Source: Eledone cirrhosa (taxonomy: Eukaryota). Taken from it: a DNA stretch of 64,000 nt. Under the pieces are notes generated by a model, which saw only the letters and a program-made list of their open reading frames with translations, ran no database searches and was not told where the DNA came from. A program made the position numbers and the translations under genes. Below, piece by piece: positions 61,701 to 64,000 of this stretch (its first letter is position 1; every line of letters starts with the position of its first letter). Location of the stretch: the NCBI GenBank assembly GCA_964016885.1, contig OZ024745.1:744001-808000 (forward strand), in the 5' to 3' direction.

Positions 61701-64000
61701 CATGGTCTTACAACATACAGAGATACAGTGTACCTATTCTAAACTAGATATATATGGTCTTACAACATACAGGGATACAGTGTACCTATTTTAAACTAGA
61801 TATACATGGTCTTATGACATACAGGGATACAGTGTACCTATTCTAAACTAGATATACATGGTATTACAACATACAGGGATACAGTGTACCTATTCTAAAC
61901 TAGATATACACGGTCTTACAACATACAGGGATACAGTGTACCTATTCTAAACTAGATATACATGGTATTATGACATACAGGGATACAGTGTACCTATTTT
62001 AAACTAGATATACATGGTATTATGACATACAGGGATACAGTGTACCTATTTTAAACTAGATATACATGGTCTTACAACATACAGAGATACAGTGTACCTA
62101 TTCTAAACTAGATATATATGGTCTTACAACATACAGGGATACAGTGTACCTATTTTAAACTAGATATACATGGTCTCATGACATACAGGGATACAGTGTA
62201 CCTATTCTAAACTAGATACACATGGTATTACAACACACAGGGATACAGTGTACCTACTCTAAACTAGATATATATGGTATTACAACATACAGGGATACAG
62301 TGTACCTATTCTAAACTAGATATATATGCTATTACAACATACAGGGATAGTGTACCTATTCTAAACTAGATATATATGGTATTAACACATACAGAGATAC
62401 AGTGTACCTATTTTAAACTAGATATACATGGTCTTACAACATACAGAGATACAGTGTACCTATTCTAAACTAGATATATATGGTCTTACAACATACAGGG
62501 ATACAGTGTACCTATTTTAAACTAGATATACATGGTCTTATGACATACAGGGATACAGTGTACCTATTCTAAACTAGATATACATGGTCTTACAACATAC
62601 AGAGATACAGTGTACCTATTCTAAACTAGATATACATGGTATTAACACATACAGAGATACAGTGTACCCATTCTAAACTAGATATATATGGTCTTACAAC
62701 ATACAGTGATACAGTGTACCTATTCTAAACTAGATATATATGGTCTTATGACATACACGGATACAGTGTACCTATTCTAAACTAGATATATATGGTATTA
62801 CAACATACAGAGATACAGTGTACCTATTCTAAACTAGATATATATGGTATTACAACATACAGGGATACAGTGTACCTATTCTAAACTAGATATACACGGT
62901 CTTACAACATACAGGGATACAGTGTACCTATTCTAAACTAGATATACATGGTATTACAACATACAGGGATACAGTGTACCTATTCTAAACTAGATATACA
63001 TGGTATTACAACATACAGGGATACAGTGTACCTATTCTAAACTAGATATACACGGTCTTACAACATACAGGGATACAGTGTACCTATTTTAAACTAGATA
63101 TACATCGTCTTACAACATACAGAGATACAGTGTACCTATTCTAAACTAGATATATATGGTATTACAACACACAGGGATACAGTGTACCTATTCTAAACTA
63201 GATATACATGGTCTTACAACATACAGGGATACAGTGTACCTATTCTAAACTAGATATATATGGTCTTACAACATACAGGGATACAGTGTACCTATTCTAA
63301 ACTAGATATATATGGTCTTATGACATACAGGGATACAGTGTACCTATTCTAAACTAGATATATATGGTATTACAACATACAGAGATACAGTGTACCTATT
63401 CTAAACTAGATATATATGGTATTACAACATACAGGGTTACAGTGTACCTATTCTAAACTAGATATACACGGTCTTACAACATACAGGGATACAGTGTACC
63501 TATTCTAAACTAGATATACATGGTATTATGACATACAGGGATACAGTGTACCTATTCTAAACTAGATATATATGGTATTACAACATACAGAGATACAGTG
63601 TACCTATTCTAAACTAGATATATATGGTATTACAACATACAGGGATACAGTGTACCTATTCTAAACTAGATATACACGGTCTTACAACATACTGGGATAC
63701 AGTGTACCTATTCTAAACTAGATATACATGGTATTATGACATACAGGGATACAGTGTACCTATTTTAAACTAGATATACATGGTCTTACAACATACAGAG
63801 ATACAGTGTACCTATTCTAAACTAGATATATATGGTCTTACAACATACAGGGATACAGTGTACCTATTTTAAACTAGATATACATGGTCTTATGACATAC
63901 AGGGATACAGTGTACCTATTCTAAACTAGATATACATGGTATTACAACATACAGGGATACAGTGTACCTATTCTAAACTAGATATACACGGTCTTACAAC

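Larger units (their letters stand above)
2928..64000. repeat. 52-bp tandem satellite array, ~1,170 head-to-tail monomers, continuing past the right window edge
   Basis: The monomer ACAGGGATACAGTGTACCTATTCTAAACTAGATATACATGGTATTACAACAT recurs every 52 bp (e.g. AGGGA at 63901 and 63953). Variation is concentrated at about five sites: GGG/GAG, TTCT/TTTT/TTGT/TTAT, TACAT/TATAT/TACAC, GGTA/GGTC and ACAA/ATGA/ACAT. No inversions or foreign insertions were seen. Confidence 0.99.

Noticed and set aside
2928-64000. CRISPR array (regular repeats with a partly palindromic core)
   Set aside because: There are no unique spacers. The whole 52 bp repeats with only point variants, and there are no cas genes or leader. 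The context is eukaryotic (piggyBac).
2928-64000. Repetitive protein-coding region or tandem tRNA/snRNA/5S gene array
   Set aside because: 52 is not a multiple of 3, TAA/TAG stops recur on both strands, and the ORF track shows nothing here. No cloverleaf, A/B box or recognisable RNA gene motif is present.

Overview
This is AT-rich eukaryotic-looking DNA with no intact gene and no prokaryotic operon structure. The first ~2.9 kb is unique sequence. It contains a long near-perfect palindrome (1-130) and a 1,455-bp internally deleted piggyBac transposon (815-2269) with TTAA target-site duplications, perfect 14-bp terminal inverted repeats (TIRs), and a frameshifted transposase remnant that stops just before the expected first catalytic Asp. 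From ~2928 to the window end (>61 kb, ~1,170 copies) is one uninterrupted head-to-tail satellite of 52-bp monomers (consensus ACAGGGATACAGTGTACCTATTCTAAACTAGATATACATGGTATTACAACAT). Rare variant monomers, tracked by hand, show a layered higher-order repeat (HOR) structure: a left domain with ~1.1, ~3.9-4.0 and 11.01 kb periodicities, a central 80-mer (4,154 bp) HOR with 54-mer and 83-mer variants, a 97-mer (5,035 bp) tandem duplication rich in private mutations, and a 14,278-bp recurrence. One variable site carries all four CG/TG/CA/TA alleles, which suggests decay of a methylated CpG. The array is not a CRISPR array, and I found no convincing novel protein-coding system. All offsets were counted by eye and need computational confirmation.
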